A stretch of DNA of 63,960 bases, counting the filler, from Thraustochytrium aureum (lineage: Eukaryota), in assembly GCA_012862495.1 (NCBI GenBank). It is 5 parts of 4 records of this genome, joined end to end, with 100 filler letters (N's around TTAATTAATTAA, not from the genome) between each part and the next. Parts side by side here need not be neighbours in the genome. Positions count along the whole stretch, not along the records: positions 1 to 15,653 come from BLSG01000266.1; positions 15,754 to 33,930 come from BLSG01000267.1; 3 more parts are not named here. The stretch is one strand, 5' to 3'. Under the pieces are notes generated by a model. The model saw only the letters and a program-made list of their open reading frames with translations, had not been told where the DNA came from and did not search any database. Below are positions 11,925 through 23,291 of the stretch, piece by piece; within the stretch, counting starts at the first letter, position 1, and the number at the start of each line of letters is the position of its first letter. The position numbers were made by a program, and so were the translations under genes.

Positions 11925-13280
11925 NNNNNNNNNNNNNNNNNNNNNNNNNNNNNNNNNNNNNNNNNNNNNNNNNNNNNNNNNNNNNNNNNNNNNNNNNNNN
12001 NNNNNNNNNNNNNNNNNNNNNNNNNNNNNNNNNNNNNNNNNNNNNNNNNNNNNNNNNNNNNNNNNNNNNNNNNNNNNNNNNNNNNNNNNNNNNNNNNNNN
12101 NNNNNNNNNNNNNNNNNNNNNNNNNNNNNNNNNNNNNNNNNNNNNNNNNNNNNNNNNNNNNNNNNNNNNNNNNNNNNNNNNNNNNNNNNNNNNNNNNNNN
12201 NNNNNNNNNNNNNNNNNNNNNNNNNNNNNNNNNNNNNNNNNNNNNNNNNNNNNNNNNNNNNNNNNNNNNNNNNNNNNNNNNNNNNNNNNNNNNNNNNNNN
12301 NNNNNNNNNNNNNNNNNNNNNNNNNNNNNNNNNNNNNNNNNNNNNNNNNNNNNNNNNNNNNNNNNNNNNNNNNNNNNNNNNNNNNNNNNNNNNNNNNNNN
12401 NNNNNNNNNNNNNNNNNNNNNNNNNNNNNNNNNNNNNNNNNNNNNNNNNNNNNNNNNNNNNNNNNNNNNNNNNNNNNNNNNNNNNNNNNNNNNNNNNNNN
12501 NNNNNNNNNNNNNNNNNNNNNNNNNNNNNNNNNNNNNNNNNNNNNNNNNNNNNNNNNNNNNNNNNNNNNNNNNNNNNNNNNNNNNNNNNNNNNNNNNNNN
12601 NNNNNNNNNNNNNNNNNNNNNNNNNNNNNNNNNNNNNNNNNNNNNNNNNNNNNNNNNNNNNNNNNNNNNNNNNNNNNNNNNNNNNNNNNNNNNNNNNNNN
12701 NNNNNNNNNNNNNNNNNNNNNNNNNNNNNNNNNNNNNNNNNNNNNNNNNNNNNNNNNNNNNNNNNNNNNNNNNNNNNNNNNNNNNNNNNNNNNNNNNNNN
12801 NNNNNNNNNNNNNNNNNNNNNNNNNNNNNNNNNNNNNNNNNNNNNNNNNNNNNNNNNNNNNNNNNNNNNNNNNNNNNNNNTGCCTGGCTAGCTGTCTGCC
12901 TGCCTGCCTGCCTGCCTGCCCAGGTCGTGGAGGCGGCGCGCGGCAGACGCCGGGGCAGATGCGGGGCGGACGGCGCTCTGGCTGGAGTGGAGCGAGGCTT
13001 GCGCGCGGTGGCGCCGGGACCCTGGCCACGTGCGTGGACGGCCGGCCGGCGGGACGGACTGCACGAATTTGGCGATTGCGAGACGCTTCGGGGCCAGGCA
13101 GGCGCTCTGCACGCTCAACCCGACCCACCACGCCACATGAAGAGTACCCAGCCAAGTAGAGTACCTACAAACGTAATTACATGGGCCAGGTGTCTACTTG
13201 CCTTCGGCACGCGCGCCTCCGCGAGCGCCGTCCCGGCCCACGCTCCAGAAAACCAGAGTTCCTGTAGCAAAGCCCGCGGC

Positions 13281-15227
13281 CTAGCGCAAGGCACGCGGCG
13301 CAGCCGTCGACTGCCGCACAATGCGCTCAATCGCCACCTGGGCCAGCTGACTGTACGGGAGATGCGGGACGGCGCAAGAAGGCCCGGCACCGCGCGAGAG
13401 ATCGGCCGAGCGCCGCAGTGCCGCGAGGTCATGTTCATCAAACTCAAAGTGGGCTGCATTGGCCACGTGCGGGAGACGCGCACCTTTCGAAGGAAACGGA
13501 TTCGATGAGCCCTGGCCGGCCGCACCGTCACCGTCGCCATCGCCGTCGCCATTGCCTTGACCATCCTCATCCCCAGGGCCATCACTGGCACACGAATCTG
13601 CAGACCACGAACTGTCCTCGAATGCCTGCATGATGTCCTGCTCGTCGTCGGAGCAAATGTTCTCCCACCGCTGTCGCTCCGGGTTGAACGCCATTTTTCC
13701 AACAGTGTGGTTTTTGAAGGACGAGTCGCGAAATGGCAGGAGGACAGGCCCTCGTGGAGCCCAACTGTTTGCTTCACCCACCGCTCGGCTCGGTGATCGA
13801 GATTCAATCGGTTTGGCCCCCGCGCAAGTTTGGGGTTCTGGGGCCGACGCGTTCGACGAATTCATTGTCTCGAACGAGTCGTTTTCTTCTGCACGTGCCG
13901 ATTGCAACGCAGCGCGGAGGTGGCTTATATCCGGGGCTGCCTCGCCAGCGACGGGGAGAGAAATGTCGCCCCAGTCGCTGCCGGACTCGTGCTCCTCCAC
14001 TCGCTCCTCCCCCTCCTCCTCCTCCTCCTCCTCAACGTCGTCGACTTCGTTGGCCTCTTCTTCCAAAACGCGGGGAAAGTCGCCTGGAGTCGCAAATCTT
14101 CGTAGCCCGCCTCCCAAAGGAATTGTTTGCATTCGGGGTCGTTTGCTCTGCTCTTCGGAAGCCTCGCTCTCTTCCCCTTCCTCTCCCTGCTCCTCCTCGC
14201 TCAACTTGAGAGCCCTGTACTGCTCAATCACCTGGGCCGGATCGATCTCTAATTGGCCCCAGTCCTCATCCTCGGCGTCCTCGCCCTCGGGCTCCAGGAA
14301 CGGCGGCATTGCCCCCAAGCCTATCCGCGGGTCGAGAGGCTCTTGCACGGACTGGGGGAACCTGCTGCTACCCGCGCCGCCACGGGTCTCGCTCCGCGAC
14401 TTGCGCAGGCGCGAAGTCCGTGAAAGTGGCGGCGTCCTCAAACTCGGGCCGCCCGGCGAGCGGGTGGCCCCGCCGGGACGCTGGTCTCGAAGGTTTTGCC
14501 CAAGGCTCGGTCTGCCTGACGCGAAACTGGGGGCTCTCGAAGCTGCCCCTCGTTTCAACACTCGCCGCGCTTCGCCTGCGCTAGTTCTGCCAGGCCCGCC
14601 TTGAGCGGCTCGCTGGCTTGGCCTCGGACTTGGGCGCTGCTGCGTCGAGGTTTGAGACCGTGCCTGGCTGCGTCGCGCCGTCCAACTCGCGGCCTTTGAC
14701 GGGTGGGCGCGCGTGGCCGCCCTCGCAGAATCGCCGTTGCCGCCGAGACTGCTTCGGCGCGAACTCGGCGCGACGCTTCTGAAGCTGCTCACGTTGCTCT
14801 TGAAGCTCGACGTGCTGATGTTGGCGCTTGAGCTTGCGGTGGTACGAGCGCTGAAACTGGCGCCCGGCCTTGGCCCCTGGCTGCTGCTGCCCGCGAGCGG
14901 GTGGTCCTTTCTTGGCATGGCCCGGGTCGACAGCGGTGGGGACGGCGCTCGGGCATGGACTCGCCGCACCTTGTAGCTCTTTGTCGAGCTGAGCCGCTGA
15001 TCATTCTGCATCTGGTTGCGCGCCTGCGCATTGCGCTGTGAGCGGCGCGGGTTGCGCGAGGGCGGGGCGGCGGCCGTCGCGCAAGCACCCTCGTCATCAA
15101 TGATGACGCGCTCTGCGAGCTTGCGCAGCTCGCTCGACTGAAAGTGCCGCAGAATGAGATTCTGCAGCCCCGCTTTATCACGCGTCCTCGCGGACGCGCC
15201 GCTGCCCGCAGCCACGGCCGCCGCCAT
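13281..15227 (-). CDS. Largely disordered protein with a Byr4/Bfa1-like C-terminal motif
   Basis: 648-aa ORF. Acidic EDWG/DWGD motifs, VGKMAFNPERQRWE...DIMQAFED and FEFDEHDLAALRRS recall fungal Byr4/Bfa1 repeats. Confidence 0.55.
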   Translation of the reverse strand: MAAAVAAGSGASARTRDKAGLQNLILRHFQSSELRKLAERVIIDDEGACATAAAPPSRNPRRSQRNAQARNQMQNDQRLSSTKSYKVRRVHARAPSPPLSTRAMPRKDHPLAGSSSQGPRPGASFSARTTASSSANISTSSFKSNVSSFRSVAPSSRRSSLGGNGDSARAATRAHPSKAASWTARRSQARSQTSTQQRPSPRPSQRAAQGGPGRTSAGEARRVLKRGAASRAPSFASGRPSLGQNLRDQRPGGATRSPGGPSLRTPPLSRTSRLRKSRSETRGGAGSSRFPQSVQEPLDPRIGLGAMPPFLEPEGEDAEDEDWGQLEIDPAQVIEQYRALKLSEEEQGEEGEESEASEEQSKRPRMQTIPLGGGLRRFATPGDFPRVLEEEANEVDDVEEEEEEEGEERVEEHESGSDWGDISLPVAGEAAPDISHLRAALQSARAEENDSFETMNSSNASAPEPQTCAGAKPIESRSPSRAVGEANSWAPRGPVLLPFRDSSFKNHTVGKMAFNPERQRWENICSDDEQDIMQAFEDSSWSADSCASDGPGDEDGQGNGDGDGDGDGAAGQGSSNPFPSKGARLPHVANAAHFEFDEHDLAALRRSADLSRGAGPSCAVPHLPYSQLAQVAIERIVRQSTAAPRALR

Positions 15228-15505
15228 TCCAGCGGGCGCTCGTCAGGCGAGCGGTCCGTCCTTCCAAGCCGGCCGTTTCAGGCCGCGCAGCCCGGCCTTC
15301 ACCAGCCAACGAAGTCGCCGCGCGACCCCGAGCAGCCACGCCGCCACGCGCGACCCGCGTCTTGCGTCAGTGCGCCCTGCTCGCCGCGCCTGCGCGTCCG
15401 CTGCGCTGCTGCGTTCATCGAGTTGTTGCATCCATCGTTGGCCNCCGGGGGCATCGGGCGAACTGCGCCGCGACACCATCCAGCGGGGAAACCACCTGCC
15501 CCTCC

Positions 15506-15653
15506 TGCAGCAACACCACGCGGGCAGCAGAGCCCCAGCCACGCGGGCAGCAGAGCCCCAGCGACGCGAGCAGCAACACCACGCGGGCAGCAGAGCCCCA
15601 GCGACGCGCGCAGCAGGGCCCCAGCCACGCGGGCAGCAGAGCCCCAGCCAGCA
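15506..15653. repeat. Minisatellite of 23-bp units (ACGCGGGCAGCAGAGCCCCAGCS) with a 17-bp variant, at a scaffold end
   Basis: Units start at 15518, 15541, 15581, 15604 and 15627; the 17-bp variant starts at 15564. Confidence 0.85.
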
Positions 15654-15753
15654 NNNNNNNNNNNNNNNNNNNNNNNNNNNNNNNNNNNNNNNNNNNNTTA
15701 ATTAATTAANNNNNNNNNNNNNNNNNNNNNNNNNNNNNNNNNNNNNNNNNNNN
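15654..15753. other. Artificial scaffold linker N44-TTAATTAATTAA-N44
   Basis: Six-frame stop 12-mer at 15698-15709 with 44 Ns on each side. Confidence 0.98.
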
Positions 15754-18700
15754 TGGCTGGGAATGGCGGGAACGCGCGCTTTTCTTCCCTGAGCGAGACC
15801 TCGGGCAGAAGAAAAGGCGGCTGAGCCGCGCCAAACTACTTGACGTTGACGCCGTCAAGTACATGTTTGGGCCCGAAGTGGGCGTGCCGCCTCGGCGCAC
15901 GGCGCAGCCGCTGCCGCGCTCGCGCAGGACACGGAAATCGCCCTCGTTCTGCACGAGCCTCGCACCCCAAAGACACCAGCGACACCAAAGCGCCGCCGGC
16001 CTCGACGAAAGGGCCTCGAGGACGGGGCGCCGCGACCCAAGCGCAACCTCTACCAGGCATCTGCCTCTGCGGGGACCCTCGCAAGGGGCGGCACGCCGAA
16101 ACTCAAGCGCGTCGCTGGGTCCAAGCACAACAGCAACAACACCACCACCACCACCACCAGCAGCAACAACAACAACAACAACTTGGAAGACGACGGGTTT
16201 CGCGACCAGTTTGAGCGCGAGGAGACCGAGCGCATCGGCCGGACGCTCGGCCTCTCCGAGGAGCAGATGCGCGCGCTCGACGAGGCCGAGCGCGCCGCAG
16301 ACCGCGAGGCAGAATCATACCTCGCGGTATTCAAAGAGTTTGACGAGGACGGAAGCGGCGACATTTCTCCCGACGAGCTGCGCAAGGTCCTCGAGCGCCT
16401 CGGGGAGGACCCCGTCGACATGGAGGACATCATCCGCGAGGCGGATGCAGACGGCGACGGCACCATTAACTACGAGGAATTTGTCTCAATGATGAAGGCG
16501 AGGAAGCGGCTGCTGAGCATGGCGAAAGCGATGGGGCAGGGCCCCGGCACCAAATCTGGCGGAGCTGCCAGCGGCGCGGTCGTCGCACATCCGGCCACCG
16601 ATTTGGTTCATTCTGTGCCTGAACCATATCGAAACCTCCTATCTGGGCTCCCACCACTCAAACTTCCGACCCAGGAGCTTTCCAAGAAACTAGCGCCTCG
16701 CCGCGTGCGAAACCTCAGCCGCAAGACGCCACACGCTCTGCGAACAGGAAACCAGGCAAACCAGGACCAGCTCCGTCGCGAGCTCGCAATGGCCAACAGC
16801 ATGGTGAAGAAGATGGACGCGAAACTGAGCGAGAACGTAAAATGGGTGCAAGAAAACTGCAACGTGACATCGCTCCGCGCGCAGCTGTATTGCAAGCGGT
16901 GGGGGATGCAAAAGCTCCAAAACATCATGCGGCGGATCGAGTACAAAGATGTCATGGCGGCCTGGAAGATATGGCTCAAGTTTATTCTCTGGAACCGCAA
17001 CCAGCAGCACGTCGAGCAGTATATGAAGCTCAAGGGGAGTCGGCGCCTGACCTCGCTTTTCGCCAACTGGAAGAGAAAGAAGAGCATCGCAGCTTTCAAC
17101 ACTTGGGCGCGCGTCGCGCGACAGCAGCAGGACCTCGAGTGCCTCGCTGCGACCGTCCAGGTGCAGCGGGCGGCGCGGGGCTTTCTCGGCCGCCGCCACG
17201 CAGCGCGGCGAGCGGAGTTTGAGGCGGCGGTCTGCATCCAGCGGATGGTTCGCGGCCTTGCCGCGCGACGTCGTGTCGCAGAGCTCGAGGCGCACAACCG
17301 ACGTGTCCGCGCCGCCTCGTACATCCAGCGCTGCTACCGCGGATTCGCGGGCAAAAAGCTCTCCAAGATGATGCTCAAGGCCCACCTTGAGGACAACGCC
17401 GCAGCGAAGATCCAGAGCTGTTGGAGGGCGCGGCGGGACCGCCGTCGGTTGCGACTTTGCGGCAGGCTCACAGCCGGATCAAGGCGGCGGTCGACATCCA
17501 GCGCGTGTTTCGAGGCGCCGTTGCGCGCCAAATCACCTGGGCGCACCAGCAGGCAATCGCAGAGCAAACCGCTGCCCTTTGGATCCAGACCTGCGTCCGG
17601 GGCTACTTTGGTCGTTTGCACGGCTTGCAGCTCATCGAGACGCGAATGCAGCTCATCGCGGAGGAGGAAGCAGCTCTGAAAATTCAGACGATCGTTCGCG
17701 GCTTCCAAGCCAGAGTTCGCGTCGCCCGTCTGCAGCTGGAGAGGGCCGCTGTACGGATTCAGGCACGCTGGAGGGCGCACAAGGGCTGCGAAGGGTACCG
17801 CATCATCCGCGCCCAGAAACTCGAAAAGGCGCGAGCAGAGCGGAGAGCAGCAGTCCGCATCCAGNNNNNNNNNNNNNNNNNNNNNNNNNNNNNNNNNNNN
17901 NNNNNNNNNNNNNNNNNNNNNNNNNNNNNNNNNNNNNNNNNNNNNNNNNNNNNNNNNNNNNNNNNNNNNNNNNNNNNNNNNNNNNNNNNNNNNNNNNNNN
18001 NNNNNNNNNNNNNNNNNNNNNNNNNNNNNNNNNNNNNNNNNNNNNNNNNNNNNNNNNNNNNNNNNNNNNNNNNNNNNNNNNNNNNNNNNNNNNNNNNNNN
18101 NGGCGCTCGCCGGGGCCATCTCGCGCGCCGCCTCGCTGCGGCGCGCCGTGCGCATGTTCACGAGCAACGCCAAGCGGCGCTCCGAATTCAGCGTGTGCGC
18201 CGCGGCCAGCTCGGTCGCCGCAACTTTCAGTCCAAGCACGAAACGTACAAGTTGCAGATGCGCCAGCGTCTTCGTGACAACGAGCAGGCTCAAGCCGCCA
18301 CCTGCATTCAAGCAGCAGCGCGCGGCCGGGCTGCTCGGCGAGAGTGCGCACTTCGCCGGGCACAGGCCGAGGCCCAGGCCCAGGCCGAGGCCCAGGCACA
18401 GGCCAAGGCCAAGGCCGAGGCCCAAGCTCAGGCCAGAGCGGCGGCCACTGTCCGCGCCGAGGCTGAAACCAAGGCCGCATCGCAGAGCGGCGCGTTGAGC
18501 GAGGGTGCGCCGCTTGCAGTCTTGGCCGATAACGCCAATGCTGCCTCCGGCCCGCCCGCAGTGGCCAGCCCCCCCGGTCCGCCCAAGCTTTTGCCGGAGG
18601 CTGCTTCCACGCCGTCTTCCTTGGCAGAACCAGGGCCGCCAACCCCAAAGGAGCAGCGGCCTCCGCCAGCGCAGCAGAACGAATCGCGCGAGAGGACACC

Positions 18701-20042
18701 ACAAAAGGCCAAGCTACCGCTGTTGCCCGCGACGGTGGTGGACCCCCAGAAGGACTCTCACCAACCGAGGATGAAGACGCGGCTGCAAAGGCAGCCCTGA
18801 TCATTCAAAAGCACGTCCGCGGGCGACTGGTGCGAACAAACAGCGACTTGAAGCAAAGACGCAGCGCGATGACCGAAGAAGAGCGGGCCGCCGAGCTTGA
18901 GCGCGCCGCGGTGACGATCCAAAAACTTGTTCGCGCCAAGTTGGCGCGGAACCGCGTCAGGCGCGCGCATGCGGATCGGGCGCAAGCTGCGCTCCAGGAG
19001 CTTCGTGCGAAGGAGCAGCGCGAAACGGAGCAGCGCGAACAGCAGCTGGCAGCAATCAAAATGCAGGGTGCTTGGCGGCAAAAGCAGGCCGTCGAGCTCG
19101 CAGAAAAGCGGCGTGCGCTGCTGGCCAAGCAGCAGCGCAGCGATGAGGAGGCCGCAGCGGCCCAGGTTCAGGCCAGAGCGCGCGAGTCTGCCATGCACAA
19201 GGCGCTCCAAGCCGAAAAGGACGCGCGGGAGGCTGCAATCGAGGCCGAACAAGACGCCGAGAAGCGCCTCGAGCTCGAGAACGAGCATCGGCGGCAGGAA
19301 GCAGCGGCCAAAGTCACGGCGTTCATGCGCTTCGTGCGTGATCGCACACGCGTCAAGGCGCTGCGTGAAGAGCGCGACCGCATTGCCAAAGAGGCCCTCC
19401 GCGTGTCGCGCGAGTTTGCCGCGACCAAGATCCAGACGCACTTTCGAGCCAAGCGCGACCGCCAGCGGGCGCAGGAGATTCGTGAGCGGCTTGAATGGGA
19501 GGCGGCCAACAAGCGCGCAGCGAGGATTGAGCGCGAGGCGCGGGAGCGCGCGGCACGCGCCAAGGAAGACGAGGAGGCCCTCAAACGGGAGCAGGAGATT
19601 GCGGCTCTCAAGCTGCAGTCGCACATCCGGGCCCAGCACGCGAGAAAGGACGTTGAGCGCCTGCGCGCCGAAGCGCTCAAGGAGAAGATGCGCCTCAAGG
19701 CGCTCGAAGAAAGGCGCCGAGAGGAGTCCGTCATGGAGGAGGCAGCGCTTCGCATCCAGTGCGCGTTTCGCACGCGTCGAGCTCGGCGCCAGATGCACCA
19801 GCGAATGCAGGCGCACCAAGCACGACTCGCAGAGCTGCGCGAGCTCGGCGAGCGCGAGGCAGAGCTCAAGCGGATGCAGGAGGAGCAAGAGCAGGAAATT
19901 GCGGCCACAAAGATGCAGAACGTCTACCGCAGCAAGGTGGCCCGCATTAAGGCTCAGCAGCGGCTCGCCCAGCGCGAGCGCGAACGCGCAGAGGAGCAAA
20001 AGCGCGCCAAGGCGCACCTGGAGGACATTTCCGCGCGCAAGA
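15754..20042 (+). CDS. Very large EF-hand + multi-IQ-motif + coiled-coil protein; partial, with gaps and frameshifts near 15880, 17448 and 18700
   Basis: EF-hands DEDGSGDISPDE and DADGDGTINYEE. Many IQ motifs (VQRAARGFLGR, IQRMVRG, IQRCYRG, IQTCVRG, IQKHVRG, IQTHFR, IQCAFR) continue across successive frames. Confidence 0.85.
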
Positions 20043-21079
20043 NNNNNNNNNNNNNNNNNNNNNNNNNNNNNNNNNNNNNNNNNNNNNNNNNNNNNNNNNN
20101 NNNNNNNNNNNNNNNNNNNNNNNNNNNNNNNNNNNNNNNNNNNNNNNNNNNNNNNNNNNNNNNNNNNNNNNNNNNNNNNNNNNNNNNNNNNNNNNNNNNN
20201 NNNNNNNNNNNNNNNNNNNNNNNNNNNNNNNNNNNNNNNNNNNNNNNNNNNNNNNNNNNNNNNNNNNNNNNNNNNNNNNNNNNNNNNNNNNNNNNNNNNN
20301 NNNNNNNNNNNNNNNNNNNNNNNNNNNNNNNNNNNNNNNNNNNNNNNNNNNNNNNNNNNNNNNNNNNNNNNNNNNNNNNNNNNNNNNNNNNNNNNNNNNN
20401 NNNNNNNNNNNNNNNNNNNNNNNNNNNNNNNNNNNNNNNNNNNNNNNNNNNNNNNNNNNNNNNNNNNNNNNNNNNNNNNNNNNNNNNNNNNNNNNNNNNN
20501 NNNNNNNNNNNNNNNNNNNNNNNNNNNNNNNNNNNNNNNNNNNNNNNNNNNNNNNNNNNNNNNNNNNNNNNNNNNNNNNNNNNNNNNNNNNNNNNNNNNN
20601 NNNNNNNNNNNNNNNNNNNNNNNNNNNNNNNNNNNNNNNNNNNNNNNNNNNAGCCTTGCTGACCTCGCGCCCGCAGGCAGAACAGGATCAGTTCAGGTCA
20701 GCAGACGCACCGCAGAGCGCCGGCCCAGCTCGCCAGAGGCCCGGCTGCAGTAGACTGCCTGCGTCCTGCCTGCGTCCTGGGCGGCCGTGCAGGCGCGCGC
20801 GCGGGTCGGCTGGCGGTCTTGTCTCGCGTCAGGCGCGCAGGCGGCGGGACGGTCAGTCAGTCGGTCGCTGGGGGCGCTCGGGCACGACTTGGGCGACCCC
20901 GCGCGGGGCGCCGGCTTGCCTGGAGCAGCTCAGCTGGTGGGACGCGGATCGTGGGGGCGAGGACGGGAAGGCATGCGAGAAGGGCGGGCCTTGTCGTGGC
21001 AGCGGAGAGTTCGGGTGGCGGACGGTGGGCTGCGGGTCCAGACTGCGACGCGCTGCGGTGAGGTTGTGCAAGGCGAGCG

Positions 21080-22840
21080 ATGGGCAACGTGTTTTGCTGT
21101 CAAGACGATGCGAGGGACGAACTGGGTCGACAGGACGGGTATGAAGCTCTGTTCAATCTGAACGAGCCGGCGCGGAACACTCGCGACAGCGTCGTGGACG
21201 TGGCGGACGCATCGGCGACCTCGAGGTGGGTCTCGAGCGGCACCTTCAGCGACCAATTCGAGCTCGGCGTTCAACTCGGCAAGGGCAGCACAGCCTCGTG
21301 CCACGCGTGCAGGCACCTTGCCACAGGGCAGGCATACGCGGTGAAAATTATCAACAAGAAGAGAATATCAGTCATGTACAGCGACCTGCTCCCTCAGTTC
21401 AGGCGCGAGGTGGACATCCTCGCTCGGCTGGAGCACCCGCACATCATTCGGCTTCACCAAGTCTTCGAGTCAGTGGACAGGATCCATGTGGTCACCGAAC
21501 TCGCACGGGGCGGGGAACTGTTCGAGTACCTCGTGAGCCGCCCGAACAGCGTGCTCACAGAGGCGATTGTCTCGTTCCTTCTCCGCCAGTGTTTCTCAGC
21601 GGCGGCCTACATGCACGAGCACCGCGTTATCCATCGGGACATCAAGCTGGAGAACATCCTCCTCGCAGAGCCCCCGCACGGCGACGGTGCGAACGCCTAC
21701 GAGTCGATCCAGCTCAAGATGATCGACTTTGGCCTGGCCAAATCGTTTCAGGAGGGGCCCTGCAGAGGCGGCCCAGGCGCGCAGCTTCGCACTGCAAAGA
21801 CCTTCTTCGGGACGGTGGGATATATCGCGCCAGAGATGATGCGGCGCAAAGCGTACACGGATGCCGTGGACGTCTGGGCGCTTGGTGTTGTCGCTTTTGT
21901 GCTGCTTTGCGGCGTCTTTCCCTTTGACGACAACGGAAAGCGGCACCGGCAGCAGATCGACTACCGCCTGCGGTTCCCTTCGTGGGTGAGTGGGCTGAGC
22001 AGCTCGGCCAAGGACTTGCTTGGCAAGCTATTGCACGTTGATCCTGCGCAGCGAATTACAGCCGCGCAAGCCCTGAGCCACCCGTGGGTCTCCGGGCGGA
22101 CTGCCTCGCCGAGGCACGTCTTGAGTTCGCCGGGCCACTTGCGGGGTCTCCGGTCGCCGCCCGTAATCACGCCGGTCATTGGCAACGTGGACGATGCAGC
22201 CACGTCGTCGCTAATGATCCTCTCGTCGATTCGCGACGAAGACTTGTCTGAGGGGGTGGTCAGCCCACTTGTGCTCAGCCGCCCGGCGAATGGGGGCCCT
22301 CAGGGTTCCTCAGCGCGCGTTCGCGCCGCGGGCGGCGCGCAGTCGATCGAAGCAAAGCGGCACAGCTCTTCAACGCGGAGGGCAGCTGGGCATTCGCGGT
22401 TGGAAACGGTGAAAGACGAAGGCGAGGTTGAGAGCGGCGGCGGTGGGGTCGGCGTCGCCGCCGNNNNNNNNNNNNNNNNNNNNNNNNNNNNNNNNNNNNN
22501 NNNNNNNNNNNNNNNNNNNNNNNNNNNNNNNNNNNNNNNNNNNNNNNNNNNNNNNNNNNNNNNNNNNNNNNNNNNNNNNNNNNNNNNNNNNNNNNNNNNN
22601 NNNNNNNNNNNNNNNNNNNNNNNNNNNNNNNNNNNNNNNNNNNNNNNNNNNNNNNNNNNNNNNNNNNNNNNNNNNNNNNNNNNNNNNNNNNNNNNNNNNN
22701 NNNNNNNNNNNNNNNNNNNNNNNNNNNNNAACAACGAAGACGACGACGACGACAGCGCTCACTCTTCCTCTTCCTCGTCGCTGGGGTCCCCGTCGCTCTC
22801 CTCGTTTGCGACTCCACCGTTGGATCGGAATCGCGGGTAG
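21080..22840 (+). CDS. CAMK-group Ser/Thr protein kinase with N-terminal myristoylation/palmitoylation motif
   Basis: LGKGSTA, AVK, HRDIKLEN, DFG, GTVGYIAPE and DVWALG motifs; N-terminus MGNVFCC. Gap at 22464-22729 lies in the C-terminal tail. Confidence 0.93.
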   Translation: MGNVFCCQDDARDELGRQDGYEALFNLNEPARNTRDSVVDVADASATSRWVSSGTFSDQFELGVQLGKGSTASCHACRHLATGQAYAVKIINKKRISVMYSDLLPQFRREVDILARLEHPHIIRLHQVFESVDRIHVVTELARGGELFEYLVSRPNSVLTEAIVSFLLRQCFSAAAYMHEHRVIHRDIKLENILLAEPPHGDGANAYESIQLKMIDFGLAKSFQEGPCRGGPGAQLRTAKTFFGTVGYIAPEMMRRKAYTDAVDVWALGVVAFVLLCGVFPFDDNGKRHRQQIDYRLRFPSWVSGLSSSAKDLLGKLLHVDPAQRITAAQALSHPWVSGRTASPRHVLSSPGHLRGLRSPPVITPVIGNVDDAATSSLMILSSIRDEDLSEGVVSPLVLSRPANGGPQGSSARVRAAGGAQSIEAKRHSSSTRRAAGHSRLETVKDEGEVESGGGGVGVAAXXXXXXXXXXXXXXXXXXXXXXXXXXXXXXXXXXXXXXXXXXXXXXXXXXXXXXXXXXXXXXXXXXXXXXXXXXXXXXXXXXXXXXXXXNNEDDDDDSAHSSSSSSLGSPSLSSFATPPLDRNRG

Positions 22841-23291
22841 GTGCTCCTTGCCTTTGGGTGGTCCAAGTCGATCTGGCCAAAAGGCCTGAGCAGGCGAGGC
22901 GGACGCTTTTGTATTTTATCCTGAGTAGGGGTGAGCATCCAATGCCCGCACGATCGCTCTTTAGAGAGCTAGAGCTAGCTATCTGGAGGCACGCGCTCCA
23001 CGGTCCCCGTGCGCTGCCCCGGGGCGGGCCGCCGGGACGCACACAGAGGCACTCACTCAACTTGCCGTGTGCTATCTCTAGAGCTAGCTAGCTGGCTGGA
23101 ACGCAAGGGAAGGAAGCAGCAATAGGAATCGCATTACGCCTGGGGCGAATCGCGAGAAAGATGGGTGCCTAGTTGTATGCCGCCTCCAGCGGCGCCAGCT
23201 GCACACTCGCCACAGGCTTGGCCCCAGAGGCTTGGGACTCTACGTCAGCGCGCGTTGCCTTGGCCCGTCGTGTGCGCTCATCGACAGAGTG

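Noticed and set aside
8020..13508. Long ORFs spanning N gaps (for example 8020..9639 and 10923..13508)
   Set aside because: Their length is an artefact of untranslatable Ns.
15698..15709. TTAATTAATTAA as a biological motif or piggyBac target site
   Set aside because: It is always centred in exactly 44+44 Ns, so it is a synthetic six-frame stop linker.
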